Under the pieces are notes generated by a model. That model saw only the letters and a program-made list of their open reading frames with translations, was not told where the DNA came from and searched no databases. 56,895 nucleotides of DNA from Oscillospiraceae bacterium (lineage in GTDB: Bacteria; Bacillota; Clostridia; Oscillospirales; Ruminococcaceae). The stretch's first letter is position 1, and each line of letters opens with the position of its first letter. This document shows, one piece after another, positions 24,516 to 33,682 of the stretch. The stretch lies in assembly GCA_009778605.1 (NCBI GenBank), contig WRJN01000001.1, positions 1 to 56,895 on the forward strand. Reading direction: 5' to 3'. The position numbers and the translations under genes were made by a program.

Positions 24516-26511
24516 CAGGTTCCTCTGTATCTTCGGGCGGCGGTTCGGTGGGTTTCGGAGGATTCTTCGCAGGATAAATGGTGATTACATCTGCTTTCTT
24601 GTTCTCGTCACCGGCAGTGAGCGGATAAGGCGCGGCAATTCGGATAGTAGACTTCTCCGGTGCAACCCGCGCAATCGTGCCGTCTGCCCCCTCGACATAC
24701 TCGTCTAACTCCTCGGGCTCGGGGTTTATAATAATATTCTCGACAGCGACGCCCAACTCCTGTAACCGCTTTTGATACTCTTGCGGTTTCTCGTCTTTAT
24801 TGGGTTTAGGCAAAGTAATGAACTCTTTACCAAGGCTAAACTTAATGGTTATTTCTGAACCCACTTCAACGATTTCGCCCGGCTTAACGCTCTGCTCAAG
24901 AATCGTCCCGTACGGAACGGTGACGCTCGTACTCGTGCAGAACTCACCCTCATACTTAAACACAAACGCGCCGTCATACATATTGTTCAGCTCTGCCATG
25001 AACTCACGCGGATTTGCAAAATTAAGAATCATGAAATTCGGAGCGGCACGCATTTCGCCCACTTCGGGAGGATTACACTCAACGCATTCACACCCCGTCG
25101 TATGTTCTTCTTGCGTACACTCACAATCCGCAATGAGATTGCCGCAGCCATCACACTGTACACATACACACGTTTCGTCATATTTACCGCAACCGTCACA
25201 CGTCACAGCAGTATCTTCGGGGGGGGAACTAACGCAGGAATCCAATTTACCCACCAACGCAAGTGTCAGCAGAATCGCAAAAAGCAAGACTACGCCGCCG
25301 ATAATCGAAAAAACAATAATCATCTTGCGCTTTTTCTTATCCTCGCGGGCTTTTTTACGCATTTGCGCCTCGGTCAACTCGGAATCGCTTTCATGCTCCT
25401 GTTCATCGTCATCATTGTCAAAATCTATGTTAATTTCAAAAGGAACGTCTTTGTGCTTAGATACGTGCGGCGTGACACCTGCTTCAGGCGCGGTTTGGTC
25501 AACCCCCAACAGTTTTGCGAACTCACCCACCGTCTTAATCCGCTTAGACACGTCCAACGCAAGCGCGTTCATGACTGTCGCCGCAACAGATTCGGGAATG
25601 CGGTCATTCAGCGTGTTCGGCGAAACCAACTTATCGTTCTCTGACCGCGAGGGCGCGTCTTGCGGAACCACTCCTGTCATGACATTATAAAGGAGTGCGG
25701 CAAGACCGTACACGTCCGTCCACTCACCGTGGCGGTCGGTGGAGTTATACTGTTCAGGCGCGGCAAACCCCGCATACACCTCCGAATTGAGCTTGGAGTC
25801 ATACGTGCGCGCCGCAGTAATGGCGAAATCCGCCACATAAGGCATGAGCTTGTTGCTCCCGAACACGCCCGTGTTCCCGAGATGCACGAAATTCTGAACA
25901 AAAACCGTCTTAGGCGATATACCCCTGTGTACGATTCCCGCAGAGTTGACACGCCCGAGGGCGGAAAACACCGTGCGGAACAGCTCCAATGCGCGTTCAG
26001 GCGAGAGCGTACCGTCAACACTCGTTAAGTACGTCTTGACAGGAACGCCCGAAACGTCCTCATACACAGCGTACGCCGTGCCGTTTTCCGAGAATACGTC
26101 AGCCACGCGCTGAATCCCCGGCAGTGAGCCTAAGCTCTGTAACGAACGATTCAGCTCCACGAATTCCGATAAGTAGGCTTTATATAGAGGCAACTCCCCT
26201 GTGTTGACCGTCAACGGCAACACGTCTTTCGCCCGTGTACAGAGCGCGTCGGGCATATACTCTCTTATAGAAATCTTGCTCTCGGTGAGCGTGTCATACC
26301 CTGCGTACAATGCCGCTTCTCCGTTATAGGAAATCAGCTTGCCGACGATGTATCGCCCTGCAAGAAACGTCTTAGGATACAGGTATGACGCTAAATGAAC
26401 GCCCTTATCGACCCAGCCGCAGTGCGCGCATTCTTTTGACGGTTCGGCTTTAGCTACCCCCGCAGGCGGCGGACGCATACAGCTCATACAAAGGTTAGTT
26501 TCTTTTTTCAT
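24493..26511 (-). CDS. Membrane Ser/Thr kinase-fold protein with a PASTA-like ectodomain (probable pseudokinase)
   Basis: Kinase-fold motifs (FAAPEQY, WTDVYGLA), TM helix, ILEQSVKPG PASTA-like segment; HRG and DFA replace HRD and DFG. Confidence 0.85.
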   Translation of the reverse strand: MKKETNLCMSCMRPPPAGVAKAEPSKECAHCGWVDKGVHLASYLYPKTFLAGRYIVGKLISYNGEAALYAGYDTLTESKISIREYMPDALCTRAKDVLPLTVNTGELPLYKAYLSEFVELNRSLQSLGSLPGIQRVADVFSENGTAYAVYEDVSGVPVKTYLTSVDGTLSPERALELFRTVFSALGRVNSAGIVHRGISPKTVFVQNFVHLGNTGVFGSNKLMPYVADFAITAARTYDSKLNSEVYAGFAAPEQYNSTDRHGEWTDVYGLAALLYNVMTGVVPQDAPSRSENDKLVSPNTLNDRIPESVAATVMNALALDVSKRIKTVGEFAKLLGVDQTAPEAGVTPHVSKHKDVPFEINIDFDNDDDEQEHESDSELTEAQMRKKAREDKKKRKMIIVFSIIGGVVLLFAILLTLALVGKLDSCVSSPPEDTAVTCDGCGKYDETCVCVQCDGCGNLIADCECTQEEHTTGCECVECNPPEVGEMRAAPNFMILNFANPREFMAELNNMYDGAFVFKYEGEFCTSTSVTVPYGTILEQSVKPGEIVEVGSEITIKFSLGKEFITLPKPNKDEKPQEYQKRLQELGVAVENIIINPEPEELDEYVEGADGTIARVAPEKSTIRIAAPYPLTAGDENKKADVITIYPAKNPPKPTEPPPEDTEEPDEPDTVG

Positions 26512-26521
26512 CTCAACTCTT

Positions 26522-26722
26522 AACTCCGGGCTTATTCTCGCTACGCTCGCGCCCTCCGCGGGTCGGGCAAAGCCCGACTCCTTGGCAAAACTCCGGGCTT
26601 ATTCTCGCTACGCTCGCGCCCTCCGCGGGTCGGGCAAAGCCCGACTCCTTGGCAAAACTCCGGGCTTATTCTCGCTACGCTCTTGCTCTCTGCGGGATTC
26701 GGCAGAGCCGAACCCCTTGACA
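26522..26722 (-). repeat. Three tandem 67-bp family B repeats in the kinase 5' UTR
   Basis: CTCCGGGCTTATTCTCGCTACGCTC at 26524, 26591 and 26658. Confidence 0.93.
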
Positions 26723-26773
26723 TACGTCAAGCAATCAGAACATCAATTCTATTTTAATTATATCATTACTACT

Positions 26774-26802
26774 ATTTTACATCATGAACGCCCTTTTGTC
26801 AA
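26774..26802 (-). promoter_or_regulatory. sigma-A promoter of the kinase operon
   Basis: TTGACA-N17-TAAAAT. Confidence 0.65.
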
Positions 26803-26852
26803 TATGTATAATTACAGGTATTAAAAAAAGTTTTTTTTATACGGCTTTACTC

Positions 26853-26881
26853 TTGACATTTTTGCTTTTTTAGAGTAAAAT
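26853..26881 (+). promoter_or_regulatory. rny sigma-A promoter
   Basis: TTGACA-N17-TAAAAT. Confidence 0.7.
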
Positions 26882-26887
26882 TAGTTA

Positions 26888-27005
26888 TAGATATGCTTGT
26901 ATGCCCTGACTCAACCCTCAAAAAATGGGAGTTTCAGGTGATATATATAGCTTATTTAGCTTGTCCGACGGGTCTTGAATCATTCACGGCGCGGCGGTTC
27001 ACATA
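26888..27005 (+). ncRNA. Candidate structured rny leader (6S-like position)
   Basis: ~140-nt 5' UTR with the stem CCTGACTC...GAGTTTCAGG. Confidence 0.35.
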
Positions 27006-27030
27006 TTAACAGGAAAGAGGAATAGAGTAA

Positions 27031-28629
27031 ATGCCAACACCGATTGTTGTTGTGCTTTGCCTTGTTTCGTTGTTGCTCGGAGGGGGCGTGGCAGGGTTCG
27101 TCGCGTTCAAACAGGGCGTGAAATCCCGCATGAAGTTCGCGGAATCTCATATCGAATCCGCCGAAAAAGAAGCACTCAGGATTGTCAACGAAGCCGAAGA
27201 AAAAGCACGTTCGGAAAAGAAAACCGCTTTAGTAGAAGCGAAAGACGAGATTTTCAAACTCAAAGAAAACGCCGAAAAAGAGCGCAACAGGCTCAAAGCA
27301 GAAGCCGACAGAGACGCCAAGGAACGTCGGGCAGAATTCACAAGGTCAGAGAAACGACTTCAGCAAAAAGAAGAAAACTTAGACAAAAAGACAGACAAAT
27401 TCGAGAAAATGGAAGAATCGCTCTTAGCCAAACACAAAAAAGCAGACGAGAGCTTGCAGGAAGCCGAGAAACAAAAACAACTCCAGATGGACGTTTTACA
27501 GCGAATCTCGGGGTTCTCCAACGAAGAGGCGAAAGCACACATTCTGCAACTGTTAGATGATAAGTTAGACCGCGAAAAAGCGGTCAAAATCAAGGCGCAG
27601 GAACAGCGCATTAAAGACGAATGTGACGCCAAAGCGCGCAGTTACATTTCTCTTGCCGTGTCGCGGCTGGCATCCGAAACCGTGTCGGAACTTACTGTTT
27701 CGGTTGTGCCGTTGCCCACAGACGAAATGAAAGGGCGCATTATCGGTCGCGAAGGGCGTAATATCCGTACGCTCGAACAGCTCACGGGGGTTGATTTAAT
27801 TATCGACGACACTCCCGAAGCGATTACTTTGTCCAGCCACGATAAAGTCCGCCGCGAAATCGCACGCATATCGCTTGAACGCTTAATTCAAGATGGGCGT
27901 ATTCACCCGGCGCGCATTGAAGAAACAGTTGAGCGGGCGCGTCGCGACATCGAAGTAAGAATCAAGCAGGAGGGCGAACGCGCCGTAATGGACGCAAACG
28001 TCAACGGCTTGAATCATGAATTGGTACGGTTAATCGGGCGGCTGTACTACAGAACGTCGTACAGCCAGAACGTGTTGGCGCACTCGCTTGAAGTCGCGCA
28101 TTTGGCGGGTATTCTCGCGGCAGAATTAGGCATTGACACGACTGCGGCACGTCGCGCGGGATTACTGCATGACATCGGCAAGGCGTTGACGCACGAAATC
28201 GAAGGTAGCCACGTCAACATCGGTATGGACGTTTTACGTCGATACAAAGAAAAGCCTGAAATCATTCACGCAGTTGAAGCTCACCACGGTGACGTTGAGC
28301 CGCGTACTGTCCTTGCGGCGATTGTGCAGGCGGCTGACGCGATTAGTGCGGCACGACCGGGCGCGCGTAGTGAAAGCTACGAGAACTACATCAAGCGTCT
28401 GCAAAAGCTCGAGGAAATCTGCTCGGGATACAACGGCGTCGAACGCGCATTCGCGATTCAGGCAGGGCGCGAGATTCGCGTCATGATTAAACCCGAGGCA
28501 GTCAATGACGACGGCATGGTGGTATTGGCGCGCAACATCGCCGAACAAATCGAAAAAGAGATGGAGTATCCGGGTCAAATTCGGATTCACCTCATTCGCG
28601 AGAGTCGCGCTGTGGATTTTGCTAAGTAA
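27031..28629 (+). CDS. rny: Ribonuclease Y
   Basis: N-terminal TM, coiled coil, KH domain [16 protein letters not shown] domain LLHDIGK. Confidence 0.97.
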   Translation: MPTPIVVVLCLVSLLLGGGVAGFVAFKQGVKSRMKFAESHIESAEKEALRIVNEAEEKARSEKKTALVEAKDEIFKLKENAEKERNRLKAEADRDAKERRAEFTRSEKRLQQKEENLDKKTDKFEKMEESLLAKHKKADESLQEAEKQKQLQMDVLQRISGFSNEEAKAHILQLLDDKLDREKAVKIKAQEQRIKDECDAKARSYISLAVSRLASETVSELTVSVVPLPTDEMKGRIIGREGRNIRTLEQLTGVDLIIDDTPEAITLSSHDKVRREIARISLERLIQDGRIHPARIEETVERARRDIEVRIKQEGERAVMDANVNGLNHELVRLIGRLYYRTSYSQNVLAHSLEVAHLAGILAAELGIDTTAARRAGLLHDIGKALTHEIEGSHVNIGMDVLRRYKEKPEIIHAVEAHHGDVEPRTVLAAIVQAADAISAARPGARSESYENYIKRLQKLEEICSGYNGVERAFAIQAGREIRVMIKPEAVNDDGMVVLARNIAEQIEKEMEYPGQIRIHLIRESRAVDFAK

Positions 28630-28664
28630 CAATAGGCAACCTCCGAACGAATGAGTTTTAAGTT

Positions 28665-28695
28665 GACAGCCTTCGCCTCACGGTGAGGGCTGTTG
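28665..28695 (+). terminator. Hairpin after rny
   Basis: ACAGCCTTCGCC-tcac-GGTGAGGGCTGT. Confidence 0.55.
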
Positions 28696-28786
28696 TTCAA
28701 AAGGCAAACGGAAATGTTTTTACGGCGTTAGGAAAGATGGTTTCATTGCCATTTTGCGCCTTTCGCAGAAAGAAATGGTCATAAAC

Positions 28787-29365
28787 ATGAACGAAAACAC
28801 ACAAACTCCCCCCGAAATCAACCGTGACGAACCCGAGGGTGTAATATCTGCCAAACGGCATGAATACGACGTTCCTCCACCGAAAAAAGCAAAGGCTTTC
28901 AAGGATTTATTCCCCGAGCGCAGCATTCACGGCGAGATTATCCACAACTTTTTGTTCTCGCCCGACGATATATATGAACGAATCATGGGCGTATGTATGC
29001 TCCTGACGTTGCTTGCGGCGTTCAACCCTGTGCTAATCGGCATTAACGCAGTCGCCTACGGCATCGAAAACGTAGATTTCCTGCGTATTGCGTTTCTGTT
29101 GGCATTGGCGGGCGGATTCTTGTTCTGTACGATGTGGATAAAAAGGTCATACCCTGTGTATTTTTTATTACCGATTACTATTTTGAAAATGTTTTTTAGA
29201 GAGGGTGTCGGCGACATATTTTTAGCATTGGCATTCATGGCGACTGTTTACCTCATGTTCCGCGTGAAAGAACGTAAAGACGCAATACTCGCAGAGCAGG
29301 TGTTGGCGGCGGCTAAGGAGATGTACGGCGAAGAGTTCACGGGAGCAACAAATGAAAAAGAATGA
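28787..29365 (+). CDS. Hypothetical membrane protein
   Basis: Several hydrophobic segments; overlaps the rlmD start. Confidence 0.7.
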   Translation: MNENTQTPPEINRDEPEGVISAKRHEYDVPPPKKAKAFKDLFPERSIHGEIIHNFLFSPDDIYERIMGVCMLLTLLAAFNPVLIGINAVAYGIENVDFLRIAFLLALAGGFLFCTMWIKRSYPVYFLLPITILKMFFREGVGDIFLALAFMATVYLMFRVKERKDAILAEQVLAAAKEMYGEEFTGATNEKE

Positions 29366-30812
29366 ATGCCAAAGGGCGGGCTCTGCTCGCCCTGCGGAGG
29401 GCTCAAGCGGAGCGAAGGCGCCCGGAGTTAAAAAGAATGACGTTTTCACCGCCCAAATACAATCATTGAGCAACGACGGTGCGGGTGTCGCTAAAATAGA
29501 CGGCGTGACCGTGTTCGTACCCTTTACGGCAGTGGGAGACACAGCGGAAATCAAGGCAGTTAAAATCACTAAGTCGGTTATTTTCGGCAAACTTCTGCGC
29601 GTCATCTCACCATCGCCCGACCGTACAGACGTTGACTGTGAGGCGTTCCCCCTTTGCGGCGGGTGTGACTTTCGTCATATCAGCTACTCTGCAGAATTGC
29701 GCGCAAAAGAAAGCTTTGTCCGAGACGCGTTCACGCGTATAGGTAAGCTCACGCCGGAGTTTCTGCCCATAATTGCCGACAACGGCTGTACCGCGCGATA
29801 CCGAAACAAAGCACAGTATCCGCTCACCAAAATCGCCGACGCACGCCGAGGAGAGGGTCACGCCGCACGTGTAGTCGCAGGATTCTACGCGCCGCGCAGT
29901 CACCGTATAATCCCGCACCGTGACTGCTTGCTGCACCCCGATGAGTTCAACGAACTGCGACACTTCATCGTTGATTACATCAGCGCGAACCGCTTGTCGG
30001 TGTATGACGAGGCGACACATTCAGGCGTGATTCGGCACATTTGCATACGTAAAGGGCATTACAGCGGCGAAATTAACATATGCTTAGTTGTACGGCGTAA
30101 AATCCCCGAGTTACGCAAACTCGCGAATATCATCGCCGCAGAATTCCCTGCAGTAACGGGTGTTGTCATGAACGTCAACCCCGACAAGACCAATGTCATC
30201 TACGGCGAAAGCGACCACGTTTTACACGGCAATGCTGACATTACGGATACTATGTGCGGTATTGACGTAAGAATCTCACCGCGTTCGTTTTATCAGGTCA
30301 ACACGTCTATGGCGGAGCGTCTGTACGCTATCGCCGCTGACTTCGCACAATCCGACAACGCCGTGGTGTTAGACCTGTACTGCGGAATCGGCACAATAGG
30401 ATTGTCCATGGCTCACCGCGCTAAAACAATCATCGGCGTGGAACGCGTCGCGCCCTCTGTCACTAACGCGAACGCCAACGCACAACGCAACGGCATAACT
30501 AACGCGCGGTTCATACTCGGTGACGCGGCGGATATACCCGACGACTTATCTCCTGATGCGGTAATCCTCGACCCTGCGCGCAAAGGCTGCGAACGCGCGG
30601 TACTCGAACGCGTGGCGCGGCTCAACCCTGCGCGAATCGTCATGGTATCCTGTGACCCCGCAACTGCCGCGCGAGACTGTGCGCGGCTCGGCGAATTGGG
30701 GTACGCCACCGACTGTGTGGCGGCGGTTGACTTGTTCCCGCGGACGCGTCACGTTGAGTGTGTGGCTAAATTGCACAAAAGGCAACCGATTCAGTGTGAA
30801 AATTTTGTATAA
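29352..30812 (+). CDS. rlmD: 23S rRNA (uracil-5-)-methyltransferase with a 25-aa N-terminal insertion
   Basis: TRAM domain, CGGC Fe-S motif, YRNKAQYP, FYQVN, DLYCGIG, DPARKG, VSCDP, FPRTRHVE. Confidence 0.93.
   Translation: MKKNECQRAGSARPAEGSSGAKAPGVKKNDVFTAQIQSLSNDGAGVAKIDGVTVFVPFTAVGDTAEIKAVKITKSVIFGKLLRVISPSPDRTDVDCEAFPLCGGCDFRHISYSAELRAKESFVRDAFTRIGKLTPEFLPIIADNGCTARYRNKAQYPLTKIADARRGEGHAARVVAGFYAPRSHRIIPHRDCLLHPDEFNELRHFIVDYISANRLSVYDEATHSGVIRHICIRKGHYSGEINICLVVRRKIPELRKLANIIAAEFPAVTGVVMNVNPDKTNVIYGESDHVLHGNADITDTMCGIDVRISPRSFYQVNTSMAERLYAIAADFAQSDNAVVLDLYCGIGTIGLSMAHRAKTIIGVERVAPSVTNANANAQRNGITNARFILGDAADIPDDLSPDAVILDPARKGCERAVLERVARLNPARIVMVSCDPATAARDCARLGELGYATDCVAAVDLFPRTRHVECVAKLHKRQPIQCENFV
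29366..29429 (+). mobile_element. Family B repeat inserted in frame in rlmD
   Basis: Reverse complement matches the 26522 unit; flanked by the 11-bp direct repeat AAAAAGAATGA (29355-29365 and 29430-29440). Confidence 0.85.
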
Positions 30813-30845
30813 ATTTCACAAAATTGAAAATGTTTGTAACCTCGG

Positions 30846-30872
30846 TGCAACTTTTGAGGGTTCTCAAACGTA
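30846..30872 (+). promoter_or_regulatory. ECF (SigV-like) autoregulatory promoter
   Basis: TGCAAC-N17-CGTA upstream of the ECF sigma gene. Confidence 0.6.
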
Positions 30873-30931
30873 TATGAAGTAGAGGGCTAAATTCACCGCA
30901 CTGATTTTTTGTTAAAAAGGAGGAAGGTTGA

Positions 30932-31534
30932 ATGTTCCGACAAACGCGTGTAATACCGACAGCAGAATTGGCTTCAACAGGGTATAAGCCAAACAACACC
31001 AACGCTAATATTACATATGCAGAGCCGCAGAGCCGCGCTTATGACTCGGTGTGGCTTGAAGCGTTTGTGCGTAAGCACGAGAACAAAATCTTCCGTACCG
31101 CCTTGGCTATCATGGGCAATAAAACCGACGCAGAGGACGTTATGCAGGAAGTTTTCCTCAAAGTCCTTGTGGAGAACCAAAAGGCGACGTTCTCTTTTGA
31201 GTCTGACGCGCACGAAGAGGCGTGGCTGACTCGTGTGACGGTTAATCAATGCAAAGACGCGTTGAGGTTAAGCAAGTGGAAACGCACCGTTCCCATTGAA
31301 GATATACAAGATACGTACGTGGGTTATGACCAAAGCTCCGAAAACAATCGCCTCATGGAGAGCGTGAACGCACTGCCGCCCAAGCAACGTATCGCGACGT
31401 TTTTGTACTATTATGAGGGGTACTCAATCAAGGAAATCTGCGACATAACCGGGCAAAACGAATCCACTGTGAAAAGCCACTTATCCCGCGCCCGCAAACG
31501 GCTGAAAGATTTATTATTAGAAGACTACGATTAG
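30932..31534 (+). CDS. ECF RNA polymerase sigma factor
   Basis: DAEDVMQEVF, AWLTRVTVNQCKD, YYEGYSIKEI, TVKSHLSRAR. Confidence 0.93.
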   Translation: MFRQTRVIPTAELASTGYKPNNTNANITYAEPQSRAYDSVWLEAFVRKHENKIFRTALAIMGNKTDAEDVMQEVFLKVLVENQKATFSFESDAHEEAWLTRVTVNQCKDALRLSKWKRTVPIEDIQDTYVGYDQSSENNRLMESVNALPPKQRIATFLYYYEGYSIKEICDITGQNESTVKSHLSRARKRLKDLLLEDYD

Positions 31535-31583
31535 CATACATGAGCGTTAGCTCAATCATATCTCACGGAAGGAGGTGTTAAGC

Positions 31584-32561
31584 ATGAAAAAGTATAACAA
31601 ATTTTTGGACAACGTACAAGTCAACGAAGATATGCACGCAAAAACAATCGAACGCATAAATCGTGGGCTGTCTGCGCTGTCCGAACCACACCTCCAACGT
31701 CGGCGATTACGGCGAATGTCGGTGTACGCACCTGTGGTGTGCGCTTGTGCAATTATTGGCGTAGCGGCGTTCCTGACCACGCAAGGTTTTTTCATGGACG
31801 ATAACCCTGTCACTGCCCCGGTTGATACGACGGACGCACTGAACGTGTCGTCACCTCCTTATAACACGAACACAACGAGGTCACATGACGCGCCTGCTAA
31901 CAGCGTAACGCAACCCCAAACACCCGATGACTTGTTGCCGATTGACAAAACTGCCCCGATAGGCTCTGACGCGCCTCGCCCTCCCGATACAATCACTGAT
32001 ACGGAAACGCCTACGACGACAGCGACACCAACACCGACAAGTACCGCTACGACTACTGCGCCGAGCGTTACCGCTCCGCCTACGTCGCCGCCCACAAAGC
32101 CACCTGTCACACCCGCACCGACTACCGAAACAAGCACGACTGACGTGCCCCCCGACGTGCTCCCCCCTGAACCAATCGTAATTGTATTGGCTAATATGGG
32201 CATGGACGATGAGCGGTTATCCGACATGATTGAGGGAGGGTTTATCTCGTCTGATGTTACCGAGTTAGACTTACGCGGGAATCAACTCACCGACGTTTCG
32301 ATATTGGAGCAGTTTACGAATCTGCAAACTCTTGTGTTGGATAATAACCAAATCGCCAACGCTGATGCACTCGCAGGGCTGACACAACTTCGCGAGTTGA
32401 GCTTGCGTAACAACAACATTGAGGCATTCGCACACCTCGTTGACGGATTCGCCGAATCGGGGTTGGAACACTTGGTATTGGTGGATAATCCCGTACAGAG
32501 CAGTCACGAATACGCGGTTATCACGGAAGTATTCGCGTGGGCATTCATTCGCGGCAGTTAA
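31584..32561 (+). CDS. Putative anti-sigma factor with a TM helix, Pro/Thr linker and leucine-rich repeats
   Basis: Directly after the ECF gene; LxLxxNxL repeats (LDLRGNQL, LVLDNNQI, LSLRNNNI, LVLVDNPV). Confidence 0.8.
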   Translation: MKKYNKFLDNVQVNEDMHAKTIERINRGLSALSEPHLQRRRLRRMSVYAPVVCACAIIGVAAFLTTQGFFMDDNPVTAPVDTTDALNVSSPPYNTNTTRSHDAPANSVTQPQTPDDLLPIDKTAPIGSDAPRPPDTITDTETPTTTATPTPTSTATTTAPSVTAPPTSPPTKPPVTPAPTTETSTTDVPPDVLPPEPIVIVLANMGMDDERLSDMIEGGFISSDVTELDLRGNQLTDVSILEQFTNLQTLVLDNNQIANADALAGLTQLRELSLRNNNIEAFAHLVDGFAESGLEHLVLVDNPVQSSHEYAVITEVFAWAFIRGS

Positions 32562-32571
32562 TATATGTTCT

Positions 32572-32600
32572 AAAAATACCCCCGTTTTGGGGGTATTTTT
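32572..32600. terminator. Intrinsic terminator
   Basis: AAAATACCCCC-gtttt-GGGGGTATTTTT. Confidence 0.75.
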
Positions 32601-32626
32601 GCGTTGTGTCTGCTAACACTAACTCA

Positions 32627-32986
32627 ATGAAAGAATTAAACAAATTGCAAAAATTAGCGATTGGCGGAGCAGCAGGAGTGCTTAACGGATTATTCGGAGC
32701 GGGAGGCGGCGTAGTCACCGTGCCCATGCTTGAGCGTTCAGGGCTTGAACAGCGCAAGTGCCACGCGACTTCGGTCGCGCTTGTGTTCATGCTGTCATTA
32801 GTGTCCACGACTATGTACGCGTTGCAGGGCAAGTTAGACTACGGCAAAACACTCGAGTTCGTTCCGTCGGGGATTGTAGGCGCATTAGTGGGAGCAATCG
32901 TCCTCAAAAAAGTCAACAACACTGTGCTAAAGCGAATCTTCGGTGTAATCATCATCGTTTCCGCCATACGAATGTTGATAGCATAA
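32627..32986 (+). CDS. TauE/SafE (TSUP) half-transporter
   Basis: GVLNGLFGAGGG, HATS. Confidence 0.85.
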   Translation: MKELNKLQKLAIGGAAGVLNGLFGAGGGVVTVPMLERSGLEQRKCHATSVALVFMLSLVSTTMYALQGKLDYGKTLEFVPSGIVGALVGAIVLKKVNNTVLKRIFGVIIIVSAIRMLIA

Positions 32987-33004
32987 AACTAAGGAGGGCA
33001 TCGT

Positions 33005-33406
33005 ATGAACCATTTAGCGGGATTTTTAGCGGGAGCGACAGCCTCCATGGGGCTTGGAGGCGGATTTATCCTCATCATTTACCTCAGCTTTTTTGAGAAC
33101 ATCAGCCAGTCACAGGCGGGCGGAATCAACCTGCTTTTCTTTTTGCCCATTGCGTTAGTCGCGGCACTCATGCACTTCAAGAACGGGTTAATTGAGAAGA
33201 AACTCCTCCCCATAATCGCGGCGGCAGGGGTTGCGGGTGCAATCGGCGGCTCATTGTTGATGTACGTGTTGGACGAGGGACTGCTTCGCAAACTATTCGC
33301 AGGGCTGTTGCTGATTGTCGGCGCGAAAGAGCTATTCGGGAAATCGGCACATAAAAAATCTGCCGACAACAATCAGGGAAACAAACCCTTGACAGATTCG
33401 ACATAA
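33005..33406 (+). CDS. TauE/SafE (TSUP) half-transporter
   Basis: MGLGGGFIL, QAGGINLLFFLP. Confidence 0.85.
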   Translation: MNHLAGFLAGATASMGLGGGFILIIYLSFFENISQSQAGGINLLFFLPIALVAALMHFKNGLIEKKLLPIIAAAGVAGAIGGSLLMYVLDEGLLRKLFAGLLLIVGAKELFGKSAHKKSADNNQGNKPLTDST

Positions 33407-33417
33407 TATGGTATGAT
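33389..33417 (+). promoter_or_regulatory. sigma-A promoter upstream of the M24 peptidase
   Basis: TTGACA-N17-TATGAT. Confidence 0.6.
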
Positions 33418-33488
33418 ATTGCAATGGGCGGTTATTACTATAAAACGAAAATAACCACCGTCCGTAAAATTGTAAAGAAGATTATTAT

Positions 33489-33653
33489 AAGAGCTTGTAT
33501 TCATAGCCGTTCACGGCGGCATTTTTGCGAATTTTTTGCCATACTTCGTTGAAATTTCTTGAAAGGCATAAAGCCTACTGCGAAATTTCGCCTTGTCTGA
33601 CAAAAAAATTCGCTACAAAATTCCACTCGCTCAGGCTATGAATACAAGCTCTA
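33489..33653 (-). mobile_element. Family C element, copy 3
   Basis: 19-bp perfect IR AGAGCTTGTATTCATAGCC; core on the minus strand. Confidence 0.88.
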
Positions 33654-33682
33654 AAACTTTATACAAAAGGAAGTGCTGAACC

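Noticed and set aside
24800-25690. Long antisense ORFs (also 11478-12446 and 44159-44761)
   Set aside because: They are shadows of well-supported genes on the opposite strand and have no recognisable motifs
26522-26722. Possible CRISPR array (67-bp period)
   Set aside because: The would-be spacers are identical; this is a tandem array of a dispersed repeat
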